This document shows, piece by piece, positions 36,101-48,718 of a DNA stretch of 64,000 nucleotides (positions are counted from its first letter, which is position 1; every line of letters starts with the position of its first letter). The position numbers and the translations under genes were made by a program. The notes below the pieces were generated by a model. The model was not told where the DNA came from and made no database searches. It saw only the letters and a program-made list of their open reading frames with translations. Origin of the DNA: Catajapyx aquilonaris (taxonomy: Eukaryota); contig JYFJ02000887.1 in assembly GCA_000934665.2 (NCBI GenBank), forward strand, positions 1 through 64,000. Direction: 5' to 3'.

Positions 36101-39100
36101 TGAGTTATTGCACTTCAGTATGAGATTTTTTATTGCCTTGTAGGAAGCCATCCTGGCAACAAGTGGCCCTACATTTCTTGCAGAATCATATTTTCATGGG
36201 ACATTTCTGCTACTAGTAGCCAGGCTCATGGCACCATTTTTAACCTTGCAGAAACCTTCCTAGCCACACCTGGCAAACTCCCAAAGTGCAATGGAGTCCC
36301 ATGTTCAGATGTGTAGCAGATACTCAGCAGGCCCACGAGAACTTCTTTCTAAGCCGATTTTAGGATTATCCTGCTCTTTAGATTTAAGTTAATCTAAGTT
36401 CGGGATTTTTGTTCTTCACAGACAGTCATTTTATTATCAAAATTACGCATGTACTCGCAAAGTTGTGAAATGGTCATTCATTAGACAACACACTTCCAGC
36501 ACAATTCCACCATCAATAGCTTCACAACTGGCCTGAAAGGCTTGTTGAAAGGCCTGTTGTGAATGTGTTAAAAAATTACCCTCACAAAAAACTCATCATC
36601 AAGCCTTGGAAACAACATTATGATAGGAGCATTATAAAGTATATAAACTGTTGTTCCAAGAAACTTGTGACATTCATGTTGTGTCCAGCACAACAGACAT
36701 CCCCAAATTTGCATGACACAGAGACATTTGCCATGGTCAGTCACAGACAATGGCCCATATATTTTGCCAGTCACCATTGGCAGGATATGTCCAGCAGCAG
36801 CTTTAGCCCTCGGTCAAGGTAAGGGGATGTACTTATCTTTACGAAAATTGAACATTTCCTTTCTTGAACATGTGTGAGGAAAACCCGCCTGCCATGTGCA
36901 GAAAAAGGAAAGCTACTTGGGAAGTCAGCAATTCTTGCACATGGCTTCTAATATGCCCCTCTTGCAATAACTTACATGACTCTGCAGCACATTAGCACAA
37001 GTAGATGATTATCGATTGACGCACACATACAGATCATCAGTATTTTACTTTCTCCGCGACCTTCAATTGCCAGAATTTTACCTCTTAGAAGTCCAGGAAG
37101 CACCCCAGACCCGCATCCAGTGAATAAAAGATGCCCACAAAAAGCCCCCAACATGAAAAAAGGGTAGGTAGGATTAAGATTTGCCAATGGACTCACGCGA
37201 AGGGAGAGAGCCAGAACATTAAGGAAAAAAACCCAACGCCAAGAAAACTCGTTAGTTCTGCTGAGCTGCGCGCAAAAAGATTATTATGTGGGGCCTTCTC
37301 CTTCAAACCCCACCACACACACTCACTCGACCCTTTTCACCCCTTCTCTGCTAAAAACATGCATATTAACCCCCCCTAAAGTATATACCACACTGCCGAC
37401 ACTGGAGTAATACTTTTACGCTCTTTAATTAATTCAATTGGCGAATGTGTTTCTAATCCACCAGACTCAGGTTCTCCTAAATTAAATTGAGGTTTTTCTC
37501 CATCTACATTTTTTTTATTGGCCATTAATCCCCTTAAAAAATGAGAATCCATTACATTCGCAATAAAAACTTTCAATTTTCAATTACTCGTATGTGCAAC
37601 AAGTACCTTCCCGAGATGAATGAGCCGCTCACTTTTCTGTGCAAGGCTCACTTGGACACCCCTATAAAGGCCCTCCGAGAGGTCTGGAGCCGAGTTGCTA
37701 GGAAAAAAACTAGTAGTTTCTGCGTGCTGCTACTATTGATTTCCTCTGCCTCTTTTTCGTTTTTTTCGTTTTTTTAAAGAAGATAGAACCTAGTCCCGTT
37801 TCACTGAGTGTTATCTAAAAAATGAGAGATGATACTCATGCTTCCTATGTTTCATGAATGGTATGATTGTGTAACTTATTGCCTGGCGATTGAACCAGTT
37901 CGGCTTCCAAGGTGGGGGTTGAGAAAAGGGGAACAGTTGAGGGGGGATTATTTCCAGACGAATGTATCTATTTCGAGCTTACGCATTTGCTGAATTAGTT
38001 TGAGTTGTGCAAGGCTACGCTATTTCCAGACCCTATCCTCATTTTTTTTTTCTCACCTGCCCCCCCCCCCCCACCCCCACCTCAGGCCTTGCAGATTTTT
38101 GGTGGAAAAGTTTACTGAACGAAGAAATCTCCTTGCTCATTAAAGAAGCTGATGCAGTCTAGGAAACGCCACGGGAATAATTAACTGACGCACTAAAAGC
38201 ATCCCAAGTTCCAAATTAGGGCCAGACAGGACTTCAACCGTTATAGCGAGAAAGACTCATTACCTTTTCAGCCAAAGTCCATCTTGTACGTTTCTGAAAC
38301 ATCAAGAGAGAAAAAAGAACTGTATCTCACTCCCATGGTTTCTAAGGTGGTGTGTGTGTTGTGTGACTTGGGACGTTTCTGACTAGAGTGCATCAACTAA
38401 ATCCGATCTACGGAGGCCCAATTACAATCATTTAAAAGTTAGAAAAGGAAGGGCAAAGAAGTGCTCTGACCTCCAGCAGCAAGGGTCCGAGCAATTCGTT
38501 GGCTAAGATGGTCGGCTTGGATGAAGACACTTCTCCTTGCTGAACCACATCAGTGTTGCTGCCCTCCTGCTGCTTAATGCGACGGATCTGAAATGCAAAT
38601 TTTGGCCATTAGAACCCCCACCCTCTCTCTCTCTCTCAGGCTCCAGATCACAAAAAAAGGGCTGCCCCTCTCCATTACCTGATTGACTGTCTCCTGTAAA
38701 ATGGCGCACTTGTCCGGTTTCACAGAGAGAGAATTCATGTCAGAAATGCTGGCCGAAATGAGCTCTGCCAGCTCTTCTATGTAGATGTTCTCCTGCTCCC
38801 GTCGACGTTTCTCATTAAGGCACTTGTTGCTGCCGAAGGAACAAGAGTGTTAGACCCACCTCGCCACCTAATTGCTGTACCAACTACAGGATTCTGACAT
38901 GCCCATAATATTTTAATGCATTAATCATATTATTATAGCGTGTGGTTTTATTATTATATATATTTAAAAACACTTTCCATATACCGAATCTGTGGGAAGC
39001 TTCCCACCTATGCATGCTAGCCCAAATCGCCACTAATGAGACTGGGACAAGGTGAAGCCAGGGTGCCCAGAAATGCGCTTAAACCCGACAAAAAAAATAT

Positions 39101-39817
39101 GGCGCAGCACCTGCAATGTCGAGCCCACCCCCTAAAATCCTCGCCGGCCTGCCAATGATGCACCGCTCACAACAGGTGCCTCCAAAACAGCTGGGCACCT
39201 TGACCTAGCTTGCTCCACGCCAATCTCCATTTCAGCTCGGGTAACCGTGACAAAACTGACCCCTTCTGATGGAGGGGGAGGGGAGGGGGGGGGGGNGGGG
39301 GGGGGAGCTTCGAAAAAACCAGGTCGAGTTGATTCACTCCCTCCAAAATCCCCCGGGGCATGTCAACACTCATTCTGAGCATGGAAATGAAGTGACGTTA
39401 CAATCACCGCAAAACGGATGGGAACCTCTTAATGACTCAATCAAAGGAAATGGACTGGTGGACAACATGGTCGGGTGGCGCCCAACATGCGCCAGACTTC
39501 CAATTTCAACCCCCGGCTCCCCTTTGCCTCGCCCAAATTGGTTATTTGACCAGCGCCAATCCCCATCGCAATTCACTAGGGAGGTTTACAGAAGCGGACA
39601 CCATATTACGGGGAGGTAACCCCGACTTGGGGATTCACCAGGGGGAGGGGGAAAAAAAAACTCATCTGCGGAAACTACTTATATTACAGTTGGATTCAAC
39701 AATACTTACAGTTGGGACTGAGGTTTGGAATCCGGTTTTTTCCTCTTCTTGCCTATCACCCCAGTGACGGCGCTCATTTTGACCCAGACCGGGTCTTCGA
39801 GGTCACATGGGCCAAGC
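20769..39817 (-). CDS. tai: taiman / nuclear receptor coactivator (p160 SRC/NCoA family bHLH-PAS protein), probably 5'-partial
   Basis: Phase-consistent exons on -: 39817-39710 ([35 protein letters not shown]; in-frame ATG at 39777), 38829-38679 (b[27 protein letters not shown]...[12 protein letters not shown]), 38587-38471, 36043-35866 ([14 protein letters not shown]), 35487-35354, 35282-35049, 34839-34610 (PAS-B), 33529-32407, 32041-31889, 30945-30114, 29737-29544, 29126-28716, 28579-28395, 27990-27873, 27675-27517 ([11 protein letters not shown]), 27254-26855, 24684-24058, 21522-21223 ([14 protein letters not shown]), 21109-20769 ([12 protein letters not shown]). Eight LxxLL motifs: LRNLL, LKNLL, LLKLL, LQQLL, LGHLL, LLSLL, LNRLL, LQKLL. 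Confidence 0.96.
23307..23360. repeat. 54-nt T homopolymer (poly-A on the taiman strand)
   Basis: Direct count. Confidence 0.95.
26197..26568. mobile_element. pogo/Tigger-type MITE in a taiman intron
   Basis: TA|CAGTGGAGCATCGATTATTATC ... GATAATAATCGATGCTCCACTG|TA (22-bp perfect TIR, TA TSD). Confidence 0.9.
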
Positions 39818-42800
39818 CTGCGAAACGAAAGAAAACCGCACATTACTATATTACTCCTCAAGGGTCAACCACTACTCAACACTCATGACTCCGAGCCACG
39901 CAGCAGGTTTTTTCGACGCACAAAAAATGGCACAAAAAAGTAGGCTAAGTCCCCCCCCCCCCCTCGAATGCCATCTGTCACTTGGGACATTCCGAAAGGG
40001 GGGGGGGGGGGGACCCCAAATTTGCACCTGTACGCACATCCACCCCTCCTCTATTCATGCGCACCTTGCACCCCCAACACATTACGTCACGCAAAAAATA
40101 GTCCGAGACCAGCTGTCCTGTCTGGACTTTTAATTACGGTCCTACTTAACTAGGAGGCGGTTCGGCACGAAATGCATTCGGTCGAATGTTTACAACGCAC
40201 CGCACCAGTGATTGATTTATCAGCTGATGAGGAAATATCCCTTGCCCGCTTCAAAAAACAACACATGTCCAAATATTTCACTCCCAGCCCGAGTGTCTGG
40301 CGCTCTTCCACACACGGACTGCAGTAACTTCTGTAACAGTTACCAACAGGGAACTGTGTAATATCTGCCAAAATTTTCGAGCTACAGCATTGTGCGTCGA
40401 GAGAACATTAGCTCCCGAGACTCAATGCGGCCGCACAAACGGTGCAAACAGTTCGTAAACCAAAGCCGCAAATTTGAATTTCCAAGGTTGTCACATCTCC
40501 CTTTTCCCACTCCCGCCGAGAGGAAATTAAAATATCGACCTGTCGAGTATCAGGTCGATGCCAATTTGCGCAGAAGAATCGCAACCCTTCATCCTCCTTT
40601 TTTTTTATTCAGACCCAACACAACGTGGCAACCAAGTACATCATTTTTTTCCCTCCCCCGCCACTTCCGTGTCACGTGTGCACCTGACAGCAGGTGCTGG
40701 CCGTAAACCACCCTAAAATGACGGCCGGTAGGTCCAAGCCCAAATTATGCAATTCGGCATAACACTTGCGGGCCGCCGCAGGGGTGTAGGCGGTGGGAAA
40801 TGGGCGTGGTAGACATTTACGTCACATCCGGTTCGTAAAGATCGCTACCGCAGATTTTCCTCTACCCCCGCATTTTTTCGAACCTCTCCCCCTCTAAAAT
40901 AGTGTGTCAGTAGCAAAAGTCAGTGGCAGCCAGCAGCGTGTGGTATCCCTGTCGGCATGTATGTGCAAGCCCGCCTGGCAAGGCTCCAAGATCACGCAAA
41001 GCTATCCAGCTCCTCCCATCTCCATCCCCTTCCCCCCACCATACATCCACCCAACCTTCACACACAGCCCTACTCTTTTTCCCCTCATATTTCTTCTCAC
41101 TCGCAACTTGCCCCCCCAAACAGTTCTTGTATGCCCAACCAATCGTCACATGCCCTCCTTTTACCCCCACCACGTTTATTTCCAACCCTGATATTTTGAT
41201 TCGCCGTGTGTGCGCCAGCAGCCTTACATAAAAGCCATTTTCCTCCGCACGTCTTGCTGTATACGTACGCTCATCACAGCCAGTAGCTCCCCTTAATCCG
41301 AGCGTCATCCAAGATTCATGGCCAACCGTCCCGGTGAATCTTTCATACCGCGTGAAACATTCACCGGAGCAATTATTAAAGCCAATCAGGGCTATTCCTG
41401 CACCGGGTGCGTCTCTAGGTGCATCAGAAACGAACTTTATCTATATGAACGCTAAGAAAGCTATCTGAAGATAAGCCCCCGTTAGAAGAAAAATAACGGT
41501 CCATCACACCACCTCATTCCCAGCATATAATACTGCGACCTGCTAATAATATTGTGACCTGCGAACAATATGCAAAATGGGCATGAGTAAGTGCATTCCA
41601 ATCACGTCATTGATTTGTAGAATTCTCGGCGGTGCTGAATGGTGCGAAAATTTCACGAGGGTCCTTGGCAACCCCAGTCACGTCCCAATTCCCCAAGTGT
41701 CCTTCCTTTTTCAAGAAGTCTTCCAGCATGTTTCCTCTAGCAGCTCGCAAAAAGGAGAGAACCTTCCACGCACGTTCCCGACTTCTTCCGTTCCCTGGCT
41801 CACTTTTAATTACTGTTGCAAAGGTGGGAGGAAAAAAAAAAAAGAAGAAGAAATGGCGAAGAAAAAAAAGAAGAAATACCACAGGAACAATGAAGTCACT
41901 CGGTCGAATCGAGACAGCGGTTCTATTTTTCTTCTACTTCTTATTTTCCCCTCCCACACTTGGAAGTTTAAAAGACGATCGTGTAGATATAAAGTCAGCT
42001 TTTATTGGTCGAGCTCAATAGCGGCGCGGGCCATATTTTGATCCCAACGACTCTTTTGGAAGTTGGGTCCTTTAGTCAAACTTTGACTCCCTTTACTATA
42101 CCAATTGATGGATACCGCTTTTCGACTCCCCCCGTAGAACTGTATAATGAACCAATTGCCTTCCGCCAACTTTGCTCGTGTAAAGCTTCGGCAACGATTT
42201 TCCTCCAAGTCGCACAAAAAAAAAAATATTATTAGCTGCGACTCGAAGAAAAGTCAGACCTGCACCAGGGGTGGTTACCTTCAAACCGGAGTTTTATCGG
42301 TTCTCTGTATAATCCCGAGCATCATAGCCGCCCATAAATATTCCTGCCGCCAGTGCCGCTGTAAATTCTGATAGAATCTCCACGATCCCGCGACTTCCTA
42401 CTTCAGAACAAAGTGTACGAAGAAGCAGATAAGCCGGTCGATTGTGAAAAAAAAGCCAGTGGGAAGTTGCATCAACATTCATTCGAAATTACCCACATAC
42501 TCCATCTACTCAAGGCTCCTTTTCTTACACACTATCACGCCGGACAATACACATGTTTATCCTGACTGGGTATGGAACATGTGCATCTCCATTGCTCTTC
42601 GGGCTATAAACTAACTCGCAAGGGTTAGTCGGACACTGCCAAACTAGCTCTCTTCCAGTAAATAAACAAAATAACCCAGCAGCCCTAACCCGATTACCTA
42701 TCAGCTTAGTGATCCACTCGCTCCAGCTAAAATGAATTTTAAAATTAATGAACAATCACGGTCCCCCCCTTGAATGACAGTTAACTTAAGAAGAACGGAC

Positions 42801-45800
42801 GACGCGGAATTACTGCCTCCAAATTGCTTCATTTTCCTCCATTAATAAACAGCGACAGCTCCGGTTGATTGCCAGGGCGGTGACGCAACAAAATTTACCT
42901 GCCCCCCCATGGAATTTTGGGTGTTGGTATGTGGGCAGGGGCAGAATTCCTGCGCAACTCTGACGGCCGTGTACGCATCCAGCAAACGGAGGAGTCAAGC
43001 AGCGCCTCTTTTTTTTCTTCTTTCCAGCACACACACACACCACTCCTGACCCACTTCACCTGGCTCTTCCAGACCGGTCTGCGACCACCTTATTCGAGCC
43101 ACGTTGCCAAATTCTCGCCCGATTCCCAAACACGTAATCTCCCGAGACCGGGCATTAACCAGCCCCCCCCCTCCCCCTCTTCCCATTAAACACCATACGC
43201 GTTCCAGCCGCTAACGATCCAGAAAGCCCCTCAAAATCCGGCAACCCCGCCGGCTAATGAAGCAGGTTAGGAAAAAGAGGAGGGGGTAGGTTTGGGCGGT
43301 CTTGGTCATGCAAAACAAGCGCCGGATCTCAACTCCATTTCAACCAGCACATTCGGGGAATGTCGCCTCCAACCAACAAAACGCCAGCACCAGAACTGGA
43401 GGAATCAACGGCCATTTTTTTTTTTTCTCCCTCTATCCCTCTCATCCTCCTCTCTCCTAACCCATACCGTTACTTCCTCTTTCCCTTCGTCATGCCCGGC
43501 CAGAGTTCGCCACTTCGGTAATGGGCCTGTACCGACGTAATCACCCTAATGCGTTGGGTACTGTCAGGGTTACTGTAGTAACCCGCTAAGTGTTAGAGGA
43601 CCAACCAAAATGTTGAACAATCTGACGCCGGATGCTGCATGCACTTCTATTACTAGTCATAACCACGTGGTAAATGACAGTTTCCTATTGGATCAGCGGG
43701 CCACCGCTTCCGGATTACGGTTCTGCTCCGGCGAAACAAATGTGGGATATTCGCTTTTTATTAAAATTCCTGAAAAATCGAGCGGCGCCGGAGTCATCCG
43801 GGCGAAGTGGTCCTTCCCCTTGAATTTGGGACAGCTGGTAAGGCCCCACCCCCGCCAGCATTCCCCCACAGCAAGAAGGGCGGCAGGACGCCGTCCTGCC
43901 GCGGTCAATCAATAGCAGGAAACTGGCAAAGGGGGCCATCGATTTCCTCCTCTCCACACTCTACCCCCCTCTTCCATTACGAAGCCATCCCCCCCATTCC
44001 TGTGACGTAGCACGCCTACGTCATGCAGCGTCCCTCTGGCTCAGCCTTGGAAATACGACAAACGTCGCACTCTGGCAACAGCGTAAAAAAAACACGCATA
44101 ATTGACTTCGGCACCGCTCAAGTTCGGTACCTGGTACGTGGGAGGCAGGCCAGTCATCTCGAGAGCGATTGTTAGGTGCAAAAACCGAACCCGAGCCTAA
44201 CTGCGCAGTTTGTCACGCCGCTCCCGCTCCCCCTTCCAGCCACCGCGCGGATAAAACATTCCGGAGCTGCATCCCGGCGGCAGAGTGACCCGAACCTCCC
44301 GGCAATATGGCGCACCTCTCAGCAGCCGCCATTGCCCTCCGACGTCGATGCTGCGCCACGTGACCGCCGATGAATATTCATTTCTACCTGGCGCCCTCCC
44401 CCATTCCTCAAGACTGATTCCTAGGCACGTCCACGAAGAGCACTGGCGACGCTCAAACTGTCCCCACCGAGATGCTGCCAAGATGTCCCAACCCCTACCC
44501 TCTCAGGCGCCCCCCAGGTCAAAGTCGCCAGCCAAGGAAACAATCATCCGCAGCTGGCTATAACCAGCCGGAAGCCGTGCAGCAGACGTAATTACTCTCC
44601 AAAGAACGTGCTGCATCGCCTATCAATATCGCACGTAGCTGGGCATTCCGTCCACACACGTACTCCACATTTACGACCAGAAATAAAGCGCAGTTTCCTC
44701 CTACTGCGCACCGTCCCGCACTTTTAAAATGCACATTGATCCGCACCATGTTTTTGCCGGGTCTGCACACACACACACACACAACACTGGCAGTGACGTT
44801 TCGCATGCAATGTTGGCCAAATAAAGAGAGATGTCGGTTTTACCAATGTGGGAAACGGGAGGCGTGTATAGGGAGAGGGATGAGGGGCAAAGGCATGAGG
44901 CAGGTTAATGGAGAGCAAAGCGCTTTACAAGGTCAGAGCCAAGGCCACATCAGTTGGGAAAACTTGCGTCAGTGCAGCAGTGGCATCTGGGCGAAGCAGC
45001 ATCAGACTAGGACTAGCACCACACCATACAAATGACCGGATACGCACATCGTGGTCCACCTCTGGTCTGGTCCTATCCGCGGTTCTGCTCCTAGTAGTGC
45101 GCATGAACGCTGCCGAAGCGCAAAAAGGGCCTGCTCCTGGGGTACCCCCCTGTAACTCGGACTCCCCCACGGCTCCCCCAGTCCATCCTCCTCCGAACCA
45201 ACCACGAGGTTATCTCCAATGACTGATAAGTGATGAACCAGAGCGGTAGGGGGCTGGACAACCGGAGTGATTCGCCGTCGAAAAACCGCAACTCCCGCGA
45301 TTAAAGCCCCACTATCACATTGTGTTTATGTCCCCCCCGACTCTGTCGCAAAATGCACTGCGTTTCTACCGCCTGCGCGGCACGGTAGCACTCCGCAGCT
45401 ATCGAGCAGCCGGAGCATTCGTGCGGTTATTCGACTTGATCACGACCACCCCATATCAAGAGATACCGTATATTACCTCAGGAGCCGATAAATCCTCCGA
45501 ATTCTGTAATGTCCAGGCGTGGCTAAGGGCCCTTCCCCGATTGCTCTCGGGGGCGGATAGCTTTATGCGTTTACAAGTCTGTATCTGGTGCTATCAACGG
45601 CTGCCCAAGTGCAAATTTAGGTCAACGTGTCCACTCGGAAGAAAATGCTGGCACGCGAAAAGCCAACCTCCTATCTCAGAAGCCCAGGTGACGCAACCGG
45701 GCCACCAGATCGACCCATTTCGAACCTGCATAAACGAAAATACCTGGCTCCACAAACAGTGAAAATGTGCTTCCACACCTCTCAGGGCCATCCTTCACCT

Positions 45801-48596
45801 GCAATTGGTCACCGCCAATTTCGTCACGCCTCTGACTCCCGTGCCTTCCCATAATAATCGGGCGAGTAGCAAAGGTCATGTTTGCCTCCTGAGCATCCTC
45901 CTCGAACATTGGCCAAGCCGCCATGATTTGTTGCCATGCGAACGCTGGTTAGCGAGCAACCCCGCATTAATACGCACTTCCCCCCACCCCGGTGACGAAG
46001 GCCGACCATTCCTCCTAAGGCCAAGTTCGATTGTAGCAGCCCGTTAAAATATTCACCTGGTCACTTGGTCAACGCTCTCCAAGTCCTCTGACGCGCAATA
46101 ATCCATCAATTATTAAAGTCCCCAACGCCAACACACGACATACGAGCATGTAGCTATTTATTATTTCCCCAGCACTAACCTACATATCGAGCCCCATTTT
46201 TACCACACGGAGATGAAAGCAGCTGGGGGATAATGTCGCATTGATGACGGCACCCAACAGGTGTCAACTGCCCTTATTCCCACCCCGGGCCCGCACAGAT
46301 CACATGGCGTGCTATGGTTGGTAGCCTGCTCTCTCTCAGTAAATAATTACAGAAAAAAAAGCAGCGTGGCAACATGGCCGCCCCAATCCCCCCTTTACTT
46401 CTTACCTCCCCCGCCCGTTCTGCTTCGTCAAGCACCAAGGACAAACAGTTCTCCAACACTGCCAACTTGGCCTAGGAGAAGGCAAAGGAGGAACAACACC
46501 AGGAAAAAGAAGGGTCTCTGCACCCCACCTGGCCGTTGCAAGATCCTGACCCCTAAAACACTTTCGCCCCTCCCTCCCAAAAAAAAAGGTGCTGGGGGAC
46601 TGTCCGGTCATTTGCATACGTAATCATTTAGCCCCACGACCCCTGCGTTTTATTAACGTATCTGCCACGTTGACAACCAGAGGCAATGATTATGCTATTT
46701 TTCGATTGGCCTACTAATCTGGCAGCACTGCTATTTTTCCCCCCTCCCTCCACCAGCTTTGATAGATGAAATTGGGCTGGAAACCCGCATTTTGAAGAGA
46801 GACGCGCACCTGCCTCCCCAAAAATTCCAAACTGGGCCAGGGAACCACCATCGCCACAGTGGTTGCCTTCTGCGGGCACCCCATCAAACCTCATTTCTCA
46901 CCCGTGGCATCCACTCATTCCAAAAAACCCCCTCCTGTCTTTCGCACAGCCCCAACAAACTCACCCAAAGCCAGCCCGAAGGAAGAAGACGCGCCCGGTG
47001 TCCTTCTGGCACCACCTTCCCGCACAATACTGACTTCTTCCGCCGAAAAACCCTGACCACTCTTGCCCTCCCGAGTCATTACCTCATCAGGTGACGTCAC
47101 CCCAAACAGAAACATCCCTCCCAAAACCCAGAAGAAATTCCGTTGCAAGCAGCTGACATGAAACCCTACTGACCCACCAATCCGCGCAGGAAAAGAGAAA
47201 AAAAAAATCCGTTTTAGAACCCCGCCTATAAAACCCAAGGGTCACCCTGAGGCGACCTTCACCAATTTGGGCACTTTCGACAGTGACTTTCGCTTCGAAT
47301 GGCAGCATTCCGGAGGGACGACTCCGGACAATCGAGCAATTTCTTCGCCCGGGTATCTAAATCACGCCTATTCACACATATGTGCGTCATAGTAATTAAA
47401 GCCTGTTATCAAGCCGGTATTCAACTGGACGCAACTGATGGGTGTTTCGCAATCACGCCGTGGATCCGTATATTTAAAAGCCAGCCACTGGAGACTGAAA
47501 AAAAAACCCAATAACAATAATAACACCATAAAACAATGGAGATTGGAGTAAACACAGATCATTAAGGGGCAATATACCGCAATTACGAGAGACAGCTAAT
47601 AATAGCGCGCAATAAGCCCATCGATTGCACCTTACAGCACCCGGGGCTAAGATTAGAAGCCATATCTTACAGTAACGGTAAAATAATACGAGATCTCTCC
47701 CCGAAATAATAGGCTAATTCCATTCGAAATCCGAGACTCTGTTTGGAAATCCTCTCTTACATCACTTATCTTCGTCGAGTTCCAAGTGAGCGTAACCGGA
47801 CACAGGAGCAGGCCCAGAGGGTGGAGGGAAGCCAAACTAGATTTATTAGAAATAAATGCTCCATAAATGTCAGGGGGAATCCGTTCGGATCAATTGCCTT
47901 CCGCTGTCCCACGTCACGCTCGAATTTTTCCTCCCTTTCACCCCCATAAAACCCATGGGTAATAAAACCTAATTCCAACCCCCGCCGACCCAAAGTTTAC
48001 AAGGAGCTGTCGTCACCTCTTTTTCTGGCCAAACAGAAGCAGTCCGTCCTTTTCGAGGGGACCGCGGGTGCAACAATGCTCCAAAAAGGAGCTCGAAGGC
48101 CGCGTGAACCAATTTGGGGACGTCGTAAAAATCGGACCCTTGTCACCAATATGGCCACTGGGTTACTCTCGATTCGACCCAAAGACCCACTGGCCTCCAG
48201 CCGAAATTTTTACTGGGAACTACCCATACTCACAAGTTCTGACTTGTATCCCACGTGGGTCGCCAGTGACTCATAAGCGTCACGAACAAATTGTGTACCT
48301 GGCGTGTTGTGCATTTTGACGTCATGGAGTGACATGTGCCTTTTCCGTGAAGGCGAATAATGAAATCACTGTTCTCTCGAGGTGGCCCAAGTTCGCATAG
48401 TAGCGATAGTCTCGGGTTCGTCCTTGTCAAAGTAGGCCACATGGGACACCCCCTTTCGCCATAACCTCACTTCCCTCACCCACACCATCCGAGCCAAAGT
48501 CGGCCGGAAAAAAAGTGAGAACCTGGTGCAACTTTGTTTACCTTTACGAGGAACAAGTTCGCCATGAATTTCTCGGGAGATGCCGAGTACTCGCAA

Positions 48597-48718
48597 CACA
48601 CGAATTAGTTGCGCCAGATGGGCAATAAGTTGCGCGGAGTTGAGAGCTACATCTTTTCAATATTTAATATTGAAAATCTGCGCAACTTATTGCTCGTCTG
48701 GCGCAACTAATTCGTGTG
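48597..48718. repeat. 122-bp foldback element (39-bp arms)
   Basis: CACACGAATTAGTTGCGCCAGATGGGCAATAAGTTGCGC (48597-48635) vs 48680-48718 (37/39). Inner TTTTCAATATT-T-AATATTGAAAA hairpin. Confidence 0.9.
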
